Made by a program: the position numbers and the translations under genes. Positions 41,326-52,151 of a stretch of 64,000 nt of DNA are shown piece by piece. The DNA lies in NCBI GenBank assembly GCA_016744065.1, contig JADGFA010000010.1:21146-85145 (forward strand). The letters are read 5' to 3'. The first letter of the stretch is position 1; the number at the start of each line of letters is the position of its first letter. The DNA comes from Gammaproteobacteria bacterium. Its GTDB lineage: Bacteria > Pseudomonadota > Gammaproteobacteria > SZUA-229. The notes under the pieces were generated by a model. The model was not told the origin of the DNA, made no database searches, and saw only the letters and a program-made list of their open reading frames with translations.

Positions 41326-42162
41326 CTATTTTCGTAAGGCTTTAGCATGATAACTAAGATGCTCACCAATAAAAGTGGCAATGAAATGATAGCTATGATC
41401 ATATCCTTGCTGTTTTCGTAGTGTAACCTGACCACCCCGCTCTTCATAAGCTGCCTGTAAATCTTCAGGAAATAACTGCTCATCCAGAAACTCATCATCT
41501 GTGCCCTGGTCAATCAACAGCGGCATTAAATCGGCCCCGGCTTTTACTAACTCTGTTGCATCATATGTTTCCCAGAGGGCTTTATCATTACCCAGATAAG
41601 CAATAAAACAATTCTCTCCCCAGGGTGCTTTAACCGGGTGACAAATAGGTGAAAATGCCGAAACAGATCGATATGCATTTTTTTCTTTCAAAGCACAGAT
41701 CAATGCACCATGCCCCCCCATTGAATGACCCAGTATAGATTTTACATTGGCTAATACGGGTAAATTTTTTTCAATTAAAGCCGGTAGCTCAGCAGTGACA
41801 TAATCATACATCTGATAATGCTCTGACCAGGGAGACTGTGTTGCATTTACATAAAAACCAGCACCTATACCCAGATCATAACGCTCAGCCTCATCCGCTA
41901 CATTATCCCCCCTGGGACTTGTGTCTGGCATAACAAGGGCCAGGCCTAATTCTGCTGCGTAACGTTGCGCACCGGCTTTGGTGCGTACATTATCATCGGT
42001 ACAGGTAAGGCCGGATAACCAGTAAACAACCGGCACCTTTTCTGTTTCTGCCTGGGGTGGCAAATAAACAGAAAAGGTCATTTTACAATGACAGCTTTCT
42101 GACTGATGTTCATAGCGATTTAACCAGCCACCAAATTCCTTAACACTTTCTATTTTTTTCAT
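41326..42162 (-). CDS. fghA: S-formylglutathione hydrolase (esterase D family)
   Basis: Start moved to the MKKIESV Met at 42162. GHSMGGHGAL serine-hydrolase motif, ...GTDDEF.. and C-terminal region typical of FghA/FrmB. Adjacent to frmA. Confidence 0.85.
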   Translation of the reverse strand: MKKIESVKEFGGWLNRYEHQSESCHCKMTFSVYLPPQAETEKVPVVYWLSGLTCTDDNVRTKAGAQRYAAELGLALVMPDTSPRGDNVADEAERYDLGIGAGFYVNATQSPWSEHYQMYDYVTAELPALIEKNLPVLANVKSILGHSMGGHGALICALKEKNAYRSVSAFSPICHPVKAPWGENCFIAYLGNDKALWETYDATELVKAGADLMPLLIDQGTDDEFLDEQLFPEDLQAAYEERGGQVTLRKQQGYDHSYHFIATFIGEHLSYHAKALRK

Positions 42163-42172
42163 TTTAATATCT

Positions 42173-43282
42173 CTAAAAGACAATAACTGAACGGATACTT
42201 TCACCGCTGTGCATTAAATCAAAAGCACGGTTGATGTCTTCTAACGGCATACTGTGGGTCACCATTTTATCCAGTTCAATTTCTCCGCTCATATAACGCT
42301 CTACATAACCAGGCAACTCAGTACGCCCTTTTACACCACCAAAAGCAGAACCCTTCCAGGTACGCCCTACTACAAGCTGAAAAGGTCGAGTTGAAATTTC
42401 CTGCCCTGCACCGGCAACACCGATCACCGTGGAGACACCCCAGCCCATATGCGTACATTCCAGCGCTTCACGCATTACATGTACATTACCTATACATTCA
42501 AATGAATAATCGACACCGCCATTGGTCATTTCAACTATTGCCTCTGTTACCGTACCGCTCAGTTCATTCGGATTTACAAAGTCGGTTGCCCCTAATGCTT
42601 TAGCAATTTCCCATTTATCAGGATTAATATCTATCGCGATAATACGCTCCGCTTTTGCCATAACCGCACCCTGAATGCAGGATAAACCAATTCCACCCAG
42701 ACCAAAAATAGCAACGGTAGAACCTGCTTCTACCTTTGCCGTATTAATCACAGCACCAATACCGGTTGTCACACCACAGCCCAGCAGGCAAACTTTTTCT
42801 AACGGTGCGGCTTTATTTATTTTTGCTAATGCAATTTCAGGTACAACTGTATATTCCGCAAATGTTGAACACCCCATATAATGGTATATAGGTTTACCGT
42901 TCATAGAAAAACGTCGCGTTCCATCAGGCATATAACCGGTCCATACCGTGGATGCTATTGACTGACATAAGTTAGTTTTAGGTGAATGACAATATTCACA
43001 CTCACCACACTCCGGTATATAGAGTGGTATAACATGGTCCCCAGGCTTTAAGTCTTTAACGCCTGGGCCACATTCGACTACTTCACACCCTCCTTCATGG
43101 CCTAAAACAACAGGAAAGACCCCTTCAGGATCATTACCTGAAAGTGTAAAGGCATCTGTATGGCATACTCCAGAAGCAATCACTTTTAATAACACTTCAC
43201 CTTCTTTTGGACCATCTATATCAATCATTTCAATAGACAGGGGCTTTTTAGCTTCCCATGCAACGGCTGCTTTTATCTTCAT
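42173..43282 (-). CDS. frmA: S-(hydroxymethyl)glutathione dehydrogenase / class III alcohol dehydrogenase
   Basis: 369 aa. [16 protein letters not shown], zinc-ligand Cys cluster [23 protein letters not shown] Rossmann motif. Confidence 0.9.
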   Translation of the reverse strand: MKIKAAVAWEAKKPLSIEMIDIDGPKEGEVLLKVIASGVCHTDAFTLSGNDPEGVFPVVLGHEGGCEVVECGPGVKDLKPGDHVIPLYIPECGECEYCHSPKTNLCQSIASTVWTGYMPDGTRRFSMNGKPIYHYMGCSTFAEYTVVPEIALAKINKAAPLEKVCLLGCGVTTGIGAVINTAKVEAGSTVAIFGLGGIGLSCIQGAVMAKAERIIAIDINPDKWEIAKALGATDFVNPNELSGTVTEAIVEMTNGGVDYSFECIGNVHVMREALECTHMGWGVSTVIGVAGAGQEISTRPFQLVVGRTWKGSAFGGVKGRTELPGYVERYMSGEIELDKMVTHSMPLEDINRAFDLMHSGESIRSVIVF

Positions 43283-43378
43283 TAGAGAGTTCCTGAGTTG
43301 TTTTATATATCTTTATATGGCATCACACCGATTAAATCAGGGATGCATAGGATATCTTGTATTTACTGAGAGAGAAGA

Positions 43379-43400
43379 ATAGAATGAATGTTCATTCTAT
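43379..43400. promoter_or_regulatory. Perfect 22-bp palindrome ATAGAATGAATGTTCATTCTAT, probable TetR-family operator in the frmA/tetR divergent region
   Basis: 10-bp inverted arms with a 2-bp spacer, read directly. Centred between the frmA start (43282, minus) and the tetR-like start (43463, plus). Confidence 0.55.
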
Positions 43401-43462
43401 GTCAAGAGACTTATCTTTTTTTTGACAGAATACAAAGATAATTTGCAATTTAGGAATAATAC

Positions 43463-44065
43463 ATGCCTTACCTGAAAAAGGTGATACCTGCCCCAGAACC
43501 CATTGATTGCCGCATTCTGACTTCAGCAATGAACCTGTTTGTTGATTATGGCTTTCACAATGTTTCAGTGCATAAAATTCAAAAAGATGCCGATGTTAGT
43601 ATCGGTTCAATCTATAAATATTTCGGCAGCAAAGAAGGCATCGCCAAAGCGCTGTACTATCATTTACTAAATGAAATCGATGAAATGATTGATTGCGTGA
43701 TACAACAGGAGTCCACAACAATAAATCAATGCAATGAAATTATCAGGCAATTATTTAATTACACTGAAAGCCATCGAAACCTTATTGCTTATGTACTCCA
43801 CCCAAGGCACGCAGAATTTCTTCCCGAAGAGCCACCTGTTTCTACTTCAGAACCCTTTAAAAAATTACGTAATATAATCGAACAGGGCATGCTTAAAAAA
43901 CAGATTAAACCAGGTGATCTATGGACAGCTTATTCCATAATATTTGGCAGTACGATATATAAAATTCAATTACGTATTGATAATATAATAGAAGAGCCAT
44001 TACCTGATTTGCTAAATAATACCTTAGATAATATCTGGACAGGTATGGGTGAAAATATAAACTGA
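43463..44065 (+). CDS. TetR/AcrR-family transcriptional regulator
   Basis: 200 aa. N-terminal HTH region ILTSAMNLFVDYGFHNVSVHKIQKDADVSIGSIYKYFGSKEGI is typical of TetR. Confidence 0.8.
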   Translation: MPYLKKVIPAPEPIDCRILTSAMNLFVDYGFHNVSVHKIQKDADVSIGSIYKYFGSKEGIAKALYYHLLNEIDEMIDCVIQQESTTINQCNEIIRQLFNYTESHRNLIAYVLHPRHAEFLPEEPPVSTSEPFKKLRNIIEQGMLKKQIKPGDLWTAYSIIFGSTIYKIQLRIDNIIEEPLPDLLNNTLDNIWTGMGENIN

Positions 44066-44240
44066 CTCTTAAGCTTTTCAAATAAAGCAGCTTAATAATA
44101 AGACAATATATTTAATAAATAAAAACACAAAGCAACTGGAAACAAAAGAGAAACAGCCCTGTTAAATACTTAGAGTTTAAAGTAACCGGTATTTATGTGA
44201 ATATATCATACCCATTAAACCAGAAAGGTTAGGAGATACA

Positions 44241-44651
44241 ATGAGCATAACGTACTTAAACCCTGAAAACTTACACAAAAACCCTGCATTCTCTCAAGTT
44301 GTTATAACTGAAAATAATGCAAAAACAATATATATTGGTGGTCAGAATGCAGTAACTTCATCGGGTGATATCGTGGGTAAAAAAGACATAGGGAAACAGG
44401 CTACTCAAGTTTTCAAAAACCTGGAAATAGCGCTTGCTGCAGCATCTGCCCATTTTGAAAGCATCATCAAATGGAATGTTTATATTGTGCAAGGCCAATC
44501 TCCGCAAGCTGCATTTGAAGCATTCCAACGTGCCTGGGGAAACCACCCAAACCCACCACTTGTCACGGTACTTTTTGTCTCTGGATTAGCCAATCCTGAT
44601 TTTTTATTAGAAATTGATGCTATTGCAGTCATTGATGAAAACAACGACTAA
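44241..44651 (+). CDS. RidA/YjgF-family (Rid) protein
   Basis: 136 aa, with the size and general pattern of Rid-family proteins. Weakly supported. Confidence 0.4.
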   Translation: MSITYLNPENLHKNPAFSQVVITENNAKTIYIGGQNAVTSSGDIVGKKDIGKQATQVFKNLEIALAAASAHFESIIKWNVYIVQGQSPQAAFEAFQRAWGNHPNPPLVTVLFVSGLANPDFLLEIDAIAVIDENND

Positions 44652-44916
44652 CCCCATACCTTTAGTGCCGAACGTAACAAATCCATTATGAATACACCAC
44701 CTGCTTATTAGATAAATAGCCTCGCTTCTGACATATGACTCTGTGAATTAAACAAAACCAGTGCACCTTTAGATTCAAACGGTTCGCCCTTAAACCCAAA
44801 GGTGCTTCAGAAAGAGCAATACTTTAGATTACCTTCTTCCTGACATTTATCAGCACATTTTCTACTCTGTGAAACGATGGTTTTATTTTATGACTTCTAT
44901 TATCTCAAAACCACGC

Positions 44917-46227
44917 TTAACTAAGGTGCTCAAGGCGTATTTTAACCACATCGCCTTCAATAGAATCCAGCGCTTCAATCTGTAATAATGCCTGTGACAT
45001 ATTTTTTTCAATGATTAACGATGTCATCATAATTAAACAGGCACGGGTCTGATTCTCTGCTGGCTCTTTTTGAATAACCGCTTCAATTGAAATATCATTA
45101 TCCGCGAAAATACGTGTAATATCTGCAAGCACACCTGGACGATCATCTGCCAGCATACGCACATAATAAGAGGTTTCAAATTCATCCGCAGAAACCACTG
45201 GTGTATCCTGTAAAGCGGCAGGCTGGAAACCCAACATAGCAACTCTATTTTCAACCGCACTCTCCATCGCTCGTGCCACATCCACAAGATCAGCAACTAC
45301 AGCAGATGCAGTTGGCTCCGCCCCTGCCCCTGCGCCATAATAAAGCGTCGGCCCAACGGCATCGGCTTTAACTAATACAGCATTCATTACGCCATCTACA
45401 TTTGCTATTAAGCGTTTTTCGGGAATAAGCGTAGGGTGGACACGCATTTCAATACCTTTATCGGTCTTACGTGCGATACCCAGGTGTTTAATACGATAGC
45501 CCAGTTCTTCTGCAAAATTAACATCTTCACGGGTAATTTTGCTAATACCTTCTGTAAAGGTTTTATCGAATTGCAAAGGTATTCCAAATGAAAGCGATGC
45601 CAGGATGGTTAATTTATGGGCCGCATCAATACCTTCAACATCAAACGTTGGATCGGCTTCTGCATAACCCAGTGCCTGGGCTTCTTTTAGCACATCATTA
45701 AAATCACGACCCTTATCGCGCATTTCTGTCAAAATGAAATTACCGGTACCATTAATGATACCGGCTAACCATTGAATTTTATTGGCTGACAGACCCTCAC
45801 GAATTGCTTTGATAATGGGGATTCCACCTGCAACGGCAGCTTCATAGGCAACAATCACGCCTTTGGCTTCTGCTGCTTTAAAGATTTCAGCACCGTGCAT
45901 TGCTATAAGCGCTTTATTGGCTGTAACGACATGTTTACCATTTTCAATGGCCTGAAGCACCAGCTCTTTAGCCGGTGAATAACCACCTATTAACTCAACA
46001 ACAATATCTACATCCGGGTCATTAACAACACTGGCCGCATCATTTGATAGCTTTACTTTTGAACCATCTAAAATAGTCTGATTATCTATATCTCGTGCGG
46101 CTACATGAACAATTTCCAGCTTTCGCCCGACTCGTCGTGTTATCTCTTCACAATTTCTGATTAAAACTGTGGCAGTGCCACCACCTACAGTTCCCAGACC
46201 CATTAAACCAATTTTGACGGCTTGCAT
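44917..46227 (-). CDS. hom: Homoserine dehydrogenase (with C-terminal ACT domain)
   Basis: 436 aa. N-terminal MQAVKIGLMGLGTVGGG NAD motif. Catalytic region and C-terminal ACT-like region are co-linear with Hom. Confidence 0.9.
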   Translation of the reverse strand: MQAVKIGLMGLGTVGGGTATVLIRNCEEITRRVGRKLEIVHVAARDIDNQTILDGSKVKLSNDAASVVNDPDVDIVVELIGGYSPAKELVLQAIENGKHVVTANKALIAMHGAEIFKAAEAKGVIVAYEAAVAGGIPIIKAIREGLSANKIQWLAGIINGTGNFILTEMRDKGRDFNDVLKEAQALGYAEADPTFDVEGIDAAHKLTILASLSFGIPLQFDKTFTEGISKITREDVNFAEELGYRIKHLGIARKTDKGIEMRVHPTLIPEKRLIANVDGVMNAVLVKADAVGPTLYYGAGAGAEPTASAVVADLVDVARAMESAVENRVAMLGFQPAALQDTPVVSADEFETSYYVRMLADDRPGVLADITRIFADNDISIEAVIQKEPAENQTRACLIMMTSLIIEKNMSQALLQIEALDSIEGDVVKIRLEHLS

Positions 46228-46379
46228 GTATTTTTACTCCGCTGCCAGATTATGCTGGCTTGTCATGTTTCTCTTAATTTGCAAAGGATGATATAGGGAA
46301 ATGCTTTTAGATTCCACAACCTGTGGTATATATGTGAGTGGTATAATTGATTAACTCTATAAAAAGGTAAAAAGCTAAA

Positions 46380-46748
46380 ATGAAATTCAGCGAAGATTAT
46401 GCAATTGGTACTAATGTCATTCGCTCATTCACTGAGAATACAATTGATGTAAATAATCAGTCTTATGGTCACAGCCTGATTGTGGGTAACAATTTGCTAA
46501 TCACTGACTGGGGCATTAAACATATAGAAGAATTAACACTAAAAAACTGGCAGGAGCTGGTACAACATAAGCCTGAAGTTATTTTAATTGGCACAGGTAA
46601 ATCACTGGTATTTCCTCATCCCTCCAGTTATGCCCCGGCAATTGAACTGGGGATAGGGGTTGAGTTTATGGATACAACGGCGGCATGTAGAACTTATAAC
46701 GTACTGGTGTCTGAGGATAGAGTGGTTATAGCAGGAATTATTTTATAA
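46380..46748 (+). CDS. Small conserved hypothetical (Mth938/DUF498-like)
   Basis: 122 aa. Pattern LLITDWG...VILIGTGKSLVFP resembles Mth938-like domain proteins. Low confidence. Confidence 0.3.
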   Translation: MKFSEDYAIGTNVIRSFTENTIDVNNQSYGHSLIVGNNLLITDWGIKHIEELTLKNWQELVQHKPEVILIGTGKSLVFPHPSSYAPAIELGIGVEFMDTTAACRTYNVLVSEDRVVIAGIIL

Positions 46749-46878
46749 GGCCCACATACGGTTAATGACGAAATATCCCATGCCTCATACCCCAGAAACA
46801 TACATTGCAGGCCTCTCCTGCATCACCAGATAACGATCAATGACAGGGTGCTGTCTTCACACCTAAGCATCTAAGCAT

Positions 46879-46980
46879 ACCTTTAAAAACTGCTCCTGTA
46901 TTTTTAAGATACCGCCCATCCATGGGCATACCTTTAAAAATTGCTCCTGCATTTTTAAGATACCGCCCATCCATGGGCAT
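46879..46980. repeat. Direct tandem repeat, 2 x 51 bp (acctttaaaaaYtgctcctgYatttttaagataccgcccatccatgggcat)
   Basis: The two copies differ at 2 positions. Preceded by a small ctaagcat x2 duplication. Lies just distal to the rpoS terminator. Confidence 0.8.
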
Positions 46981-47003
46981 AAAAAAGGGAGGCAATGCCT
47001 CCC
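46981..47003 (-). terminator. Rho-independent terminator of rpoS
   Basis: On the minus strand: GGGAGGC-att-GCCTCCC hairpin followed by TTTTTT, 38 bp after the rpoS stop. Confidence 0.6.
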
Positions 47004-47040
47004 TAATATTACTACGATTATAGTTATTGGTTATTCAATA

Positions 47041-48087
47041 CTAATCATTAAGCAATAAATCTTCTGAAAAGCCATGACTCTCAAGTATTTTACGCAGGTG
47101 ACGTAATGCATCCATTTGAATCTGACGCACACGCTCGCGTGTTACACCTAATTCACGACCCACTTCTTCCAGTGTTGTTCGCTCATAACCATGCAAGCCA
47201 AAACGGCGTACAACAACCTGACGCTGCTTATCATCCAGTTGATTCAACCACATTTCAAGATTTGCCATGACATCTTCATTCTGTAAAATTGAAGATGGCT
47301 CAGGATTGGCCTGATCTGGAATAATTTCCAGAAGTGGACGATCATTTTCTTTACCGACAGGTACATCTACGGATGAAACACGATCACGTAAACCCAGCAT
47401 TTTTTCAACATTTGCTACAGGTCTATCAACCAGTTTCGCAATTTCATCTGCTGTTGGTTCATGCTCTATGGTTTGTTCTAGTTGACGAGATGCTCGCAGA
47501 TAAACATTAAGTTCTTTGATCACATGTATGGGTAATCGTATTGTGCGAGTTTGATTCATTAATGCACGCTCGATGGTCTGACGTATCCACCAGGTTGCAT
47601 AAGTTGAGAAACGGAAACCTTTTTCCGGGTCAAACTTTTCTACTGCTCTGATTAAACCTAAATTGCCCTCTTCAATCAGATCAAGTAATGCTAAACCTCG
47701 GTTCATATAGCGTCGTGCTATTTTTACCACCAGTCGAAGATTGCATTCAATCATCTTCTTACGCGCTGACCCGACCCCTTTTCGAGACAGACGTGAATAA
47801 TAAACTTCTTCTTTTGCAGTTAGTAATGATGAGAACTCAATCTCGCGTAGATACAAACGAGTTGCATCCATTTCCTTTCTATTGACACTACCTGTGGTAT
47901 ATTTTTTCTTCTCCGTCGTGCCTTTCGTTCCTGCCTTAACTTTCCCTTCCTTTTTAGGGCTAACTTTTAATTCCAGTTCTTCGTCTTTGACAATATCGTC
48001 CAGACACATATCCTTATCATCTTCTTCGATCTTTACTCCTGCTTGATTAATATCTTCTGGTAGTTTTTTTTCACAGATTGCAGCCAT
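47041..48087 (-). CDS. rpoS: RNA polymerase sigma factor RpoS (sigma-S)
   Basis: Near-identity to E. coli RpoS over regions 2-4: [66 protein letters not shown]. Conserved rpoS-nlpD-pcm-surE synteny. Confidence 0.95.
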   Translation of the reverse strand: MAAICEKKLPEDINQAGVKIEEDDKDMCLDDIVKDEELELKVSPKKEGKVKAGTKGTTEKKKYTTGSVNRKEMDATRLYLREIEFSSLLTAKEEVYYSRLSRKGVGSARKKMIECNLRLVVKIARRYMNRGLALLDLIEEGNLGLIRAVEKFDPEKGFRFSTYATWWIRQTIERALMNQTRTIRLPIHVIKELNVYLRASRQLEQTIEHEPTADEIAKLVDRPVANVEKMLGLRDRVSSVDVPVGKENDRPLLEIIPDQANPEPSSILQNEDVMANLEMWLNQLDDKQRQVVVRRFGLHGYERTTLEEVGRELGVTRERVRQIQMDALRHLRKILESHGFSEDLLLND

Positions 48088-48365
48088 GTTTTAGCCCTCC
48101 CCACGTGAGCCAGGTTATTATAATTTAGGTCCAAATTGCTATATATAAGTTCCTCGTTATATTAGAAAAGTATAATAAGTCTATTTAAATCACTAACTTA
48201 TGCTTCCTTTGTAATCCACTTTAAACCATAAAACAAGAGAAATATGATTTTTTTTGCATCTTTTATCTGATTTTGGTCTTTTTTATCTGTTTTTATTTGA
48301 CAAATACCCCATTTGAATGAATTACTCAAATTTTTTTAAGAGTCTGAAAACTTAGATCCAAGAAA

Positions 48366-49439
48366 CTAAGAGCCTGGAAGATAACGCAACGGATTCACAG
48401 GTTTTCCATTTCGGCGAATTTCAAAATGAAGCTGGGGTTTAAGATCGAGCTTACCCATTTTTGCAATAGACTGACCTCGCTTTACCGTATCACCCTCTTT
48501 TACCAGTAACGATTGATTATAAGCATAGGCACTTAAAAATGAATGGCTGTGCTTTATAATGACCAGATTGCCATAGTTAATTAATCCATTACCACTGTAT
48601 ACCACTGTGCCCGCTGCTGCTGCTTTAACTGACTGACCCAATTTACCTGTAATACCAATCCCTTTTCTGGACGGCTCATTGGCCTTATAAGTTTTGACAA
48701 CCCGACCCTTCACTGGCCAGTACCAACGATCGACTTTAACAGGCAGATTTTTTTTACTGGTAGAGGCAATCACTGGTGGCGCATGCTTTATCACATTAAC
48801 TTGCGGTGAACGCCGCAGAGGACTGGTCACCGGCTTTACCGTTGCTACAGATGTTGATTGCCCCCCCAGTGAGTTCGTTGTTGGACTCAGGCGTAATCTC
48901 TGCCCCGGCTTTAATGCATAAGGAGAGCGCAAATGATTCCATCTGGCTAACTGGTGATGACTGTAACCTTCTCGTTGGGCAATGCCATAAAGCGTCTCGT
49001 TTTTTTGCACCGTAACATGAGTCGGTTTTTTTCTCTTAACATTAGCTGAAATAACCACAGCTTCCTGTTCAGGTTTTTCAATCACAACCACCTGGCCGGT
49101 TTCTGGTTCAGTTAACACCTGGGGTCTGATTTCATCTGATGTTGTACCGTCCTTATCCGCCGGCTGCAAACGCAGACGCTGTCCGGGATAAATCGCATAG
49201 GGGGGTGATATATTATTCACCTGGGCTATCTGACGAAAGTCTTTTTCATAACGCCAGGCGATAGAATATAAAGTATCTCCGCGCTTTACAGTATATCCCT
49301 GGGGGTCCCAGTGTTTAGGCACTTCACCACAGGCAGATAAAAGCGTCACCAATAAAATAAGTGTAAGCCTGATTTGATAAACCTGACGTCTCAAATTATT
49401 TAATCCAGATTTACATGTACTTATGAAATAAAAAACCAA
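48366..49439 (-). CDS. nlpD: Murein hydrolase activator NlpD (lipoprotein, 2 LysM + M23 peptidase domain)
   Basis: Lipobox LLSAC. Two LysM repeats (YTVKRGDTLYSIAWRY; VTVQKNETLYGIAQREG). C-terminal M23/LytM domain. The true start may be a non-ATG codon downstream, because the ORF overlaps yqaA by 29 bp. Confidence 0.85.
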   Translation of the reverse strand: MVFYFISTCKSGLNNLRRQVYQIRLTLILLVTLLSACGEVPKHWDPQGYTVKRGDTLYSIAWRYEKDFRQIAQVNNISPPYAIYPGQRLRLQPADKDGTTSDEIRPQVLTEPETGQVVVIEKPEQEAVVISANVKRKKPTHVTVQKNETLYGIAQREGYSHHQLARWNHLRSPYALKPGQRLRLSPTTNSLGGQSTSVATVKPVTSPLRRSPQVNVIKHAPPVIASTSKKNLPVKVDRWYWPVKGRVVKTYKANEPSRKGIGITGKLGQSVKAAAAGTVVYSGNGLINYGNLVIIKHSHSFLSAYAYNQSLLVKEGDTVKRGQSIAKMGKLDLKPQLHFEIRRNGKPVNPLRYLPGS

Positions 49440-49989
49440 TAATTGCTAAAACAATTATTAGCCACCCCAACCATTCGATATATTTACGCACCACAGGTTC
49501 CATTTTAGGCCCAGCCCAGGCCATTAACAGCGCAATCATATAAAAATGTGCAGCCCGACCAATTAATGAAACCAGCAAAAAGGGTATAAAAGACATGGAA
49601 AGCATGCCCGCAGTTAGCGTAAATATTTTAAAAGGTGCAGGCGTGAATGCCCCAATACCCACTGCAAGTACACCATATTTAACAAATTCTGCACGGGCAT
49701 CTTCAAGTTGAGGTAACCAGCCCATTTCTGTTATCCAGGGTTCAATAATACTCATGGCACCCCAGCCTAATAAGTAACCTATAGCCGCACCCAAAACGGA
49801 CATAATAGTCGTAATGGTTGCCAGACGTATCGCCTTATCCGGTGTCGCTATGACCATAGGAATCATTAATAATGCAGTGGGCAAAGGAAATATAAAAGAT
49901 TCAAAAAGACTAACACCCACCAGATATCGTTCACGATGAGGATGCTCAGCCCAACGCATTGCTCGGTTATATAATCCTGCAAAAATCAA
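49411..49989 (-). CDS. DedA/YqaA-family inner-membrane protein
   Basis: 192 aa with multiple [16 protein letters not shown] is typical of the VTT/DedA (YqaA) domain. Confidence 0.6.
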   Translation of the reverse strand: MIFAGLYNRAMRWAEHPHRERYLVGVSLFESFIFPLPTALLMIPMVIATPDKAIRLATITTIMSVLGAAIGYLLGWGAMSIIEPWITEMGWLPQLEDARAEFVKYGVLAVGIGAFTPAPFKIFTLTAGMLSMSFIPFLLVSLIGRAAHFYMIALLMAWAGPKMEPVVRKYIEWLGWLIIVLAIIGFLFHKYM

Positions 49990-50660
49990 CTAATTGCTCC
50001 ATTTAATAAAGGCACAAATTTAACTGCATCTAATTCTTCTTCGACAAACTGATCAGCCTCACGGGTAATCAATAATAATTTTTGCACCGCTTGCTGCCCC
50101 CCAACAGGAATAATCATTATTCCTCCGATATCAAGCTGATCAAGCAAGCCCTGTGGCACCGTTTCTGGCGCAGCCGTAACAATAATAGCTTTATAAGGGG
50201 CGTGTTGTGGCCAGCCCCAGGAACCGTCTGAATGCTTAAGTGAAATGTTATGTATGCCAAGCATATGATAACGTTCACGAGCCTGGGTTTGCAGTGCAAC
50301 AATACGCTCAACAGAGTAAACTTTGGGCACTAGCTGAGATAATATCGCGGCCTGGTAACCTGAACCTGTACCCACTTCCAGCACGGCATCTGGTATACCC
50401 CGACTCAGTAATATCTCTGTCATTTTTGCCACAATAAAGGGCTGGGAGATTGTCTGGCCATGACCTATAGGTAATGCAGAATCTTCATATGAGCGTGAGC
50501 TCATTGCTTCATCTACAAATAAATGCCTAGGCATAGAGCGCATCACATTCAGCACTTTTTCGTCCTGTATACCCTTGCTGCGTAACCGATCAATTAATCG
50601 GTCGCGGGTCCGCTGGGACGTCATGCCTATACCCTGCATGCGGGGATCAGATAAATTCAC
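49986..50660 (-). CDS. pcm: Protein-L-isoaspartate O-methyltransferase
   Basis: 224 aa. [16 protein letters not shown] motif. Similarity to Pcm throughout. Position between surE and nlpD. Confidence 0.9.
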   Translation of the reverse strand: MNLSDPRMQGIGMTSQRTRDRLIDRLRSKGIQDEKVLNVMRSMPRHLFVDEAMSSRSYEDSALPIGHGQTISQPFIVAKMTEILLSRGIPDAVLEVGTGSGYQAAILSQLVPKVYSVERIVALQTQARERYHMLGIHNISLKHSDGSWGWPQHAPYKAIIVTAAPETVPQGLLDQLDIGGIMIIPVGGQQAVQKLLLITREADQFVEEELDAVKFVPLLNGAIS

Positions 50661-50726
50661 TCTAAAAACCTGGTTGTATGTGACCCATTGAAAATCAATA
50701 GATTTATATATTACTCAATATCAGTG

Positions 50727-51473
50727 TTATAGCTCAGTAAGCCACTGACTTAAATTTTGCAGGCTATCATACCGTGTTAAATCAATCTGCAAAGGGGTAA
50801 CTGAAATAAAACCCTGTTTTACTGCATAAAAATCCGTACCCTCACCCGCATCCTGCTCTTCTCCGGGGGGGCCAACCCAATATACTGATTCGCCACGCGG
50901 GTTTATTTGCTTAATAACCCCCGATGATTTATGCCGATTACCAAGGCGTGTACTCTGAAAACCTTTTATTTCTTCAACTGGTAAATCTGGCACATTAACA
51001 TTTAAAATAGTGTCATGGGTCAGGGGCTGCTTTTGCAGTTTAGAGATGAGTTTTTCTATTGCCCAGCAGGCTGTTTCAAAATGCTGTGGATCAAAGCTGC
51101 CCATCGATACCGCTATTGCAGGAAAACCCAGAAAACGCCCTTCTGTAGCCGCGGCAACCGTACCAGAATAGAGTACATCATCCCCCATATTAGGGCCATC
51201 ATTGGGGCCAGAAACAACAATATCCGGCTCAGATTTTAGTATACCCGTAATCGCAAGATGCACACAATCTGTTGGCGTACCATCTACTTTATAGAAACCA
51301 CTGTCTGTTTTCTGAGCATTAAGCGGCCGAGATAAAGTAAGCGAATTACTCGCCGCACTGCGGTTACGATCCGGCACTACAACAGACAACTCACCTATTC
51401 TGGACAAACAGCTAGCCAGTATTTCAAGGCCCGGGGCCAGATAACCATCATCATTACTTAATAAAATTTGCAC
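50727..51473 (-). CDS. surE: 5'/3'-nucleotidase SurE
   Basis: 248 aa. N-terminal MQILLSNDDGYLAPG matches SurE (MRILLSNDDG). Confidence 0.9.
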   Translation of the reverse strand: MQILLSNDDGYLAPGLEILASCLSRIGELSVVVPDRNRSAASNSLTLSRPLNAQKTDSGFYKVDGTPTDCVHLAITGILKSEPDIVVSGPNDGPNMGDDVLYSGTVAAATEGRFLGFPAIAVSMGSFDPQHFETACWAIEKLISKLQKQPLTHDTILNVNVPDLPVEEIKGFQSTRLGNRHKSSGVIKQINPRGESVYWVGPPGEEQDAGEGTDFYAVKQGFISVTPLQIDLTRYDSLQNLSQWLTEL

Positions 51474-51517
51474 AGGAATTCACTCAGTAGGTAATATATT
51501 TATATTATATAATCTAA

Positions 51518-52057
51518 GTGCATATTCACAGAGCAATATTAATGAATAACGATGACGAAAATCTTTTTAATGAAGCTATGCAGGGCGTAAACACCCTGAC
51601 ATCCAATAAAGCGAATTTAAAACAGGAACCAGAAGCTATAAAAAAACGTGCGACTGTTTCAGAAAGAAATATATCAGACACCCTGAGTGATGAGTTCATA
51701 CCTGAGTGCCAGGACTTTCTGGAGTTTAAACGCCCTGGCATACAGAATGCTTACCTTAAACAGATTCGTAACGGGAAAATAGCAGTTGAAGATTATCTGG
51801 ATCTGCACGGTTACCGTCGCGATGATGCTCGACAGACATTACTAAATTTTTTAGACCATGCACAACAACATGCCTATAAGTTGGTACACATCGTTCATGG
51901 CAAAGGCTATCACTCTGATGACAGTCAACCGGTTTTAAAAGCTATGGTAAATAAATGGCTACAAAACATCCCGGAAGTCCTGGCTTTTGTCAGTGCAATA
52001 CCCAAAGATGGTGGAACCGGTGCAGTTTATGTTTTACTTAAAATATTAAAACCTTAA
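51518..52057 (+). CDS. Smr-domain protein (SmrA/YdaL-like)
   Basis: C-terminal Smr domain DLHGYRRDDARQTLLNFLDHAQQHAYKLVHIVHGKG. The start may be the internal Met at ~51542. Confidence 0.65.
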   Translation: MHIHRAILMNNDDENLFNEAMQGVNTLTSNKANLKQEPEAIKKRATVSERNISDTLSDEFIPECQDFLEFKRPGIQNAYLKQIRNGKIAVEDYLDLHGYRRDDARQTLLNFLDHAQQHAYKLVHIVHGKGYHSDDSQPVLKAMVNKWLQNIPEVLAFVSAIPKDGGTGAVYVLLKILKP

Positions 52058-52151
52058 TGATGTATCTCCCTCGAGAATATACACAGGGGATGGAGTGCAA
52101 AAAACGCGCGCTTTCTCCGATGGATAAGTACCTGAACAAAGTGATATACAA

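Noticed and set aside
44763-44805. Inverted repeat gcaccttt...aaaggtgc between convergent ridA-like and hom genes as a bidirectional terminator
   Set aside because: The stem is 8 bp with a 27-nt loop and no flanking T/A tracts, so it is not a convincing intrinsic terminator.
46879-46980. CRISPR array
   Set aside because: Only two direct repeats of 51 bp with no spacers between them and no cas genes. It is a tandem duplication, not CRISPR.
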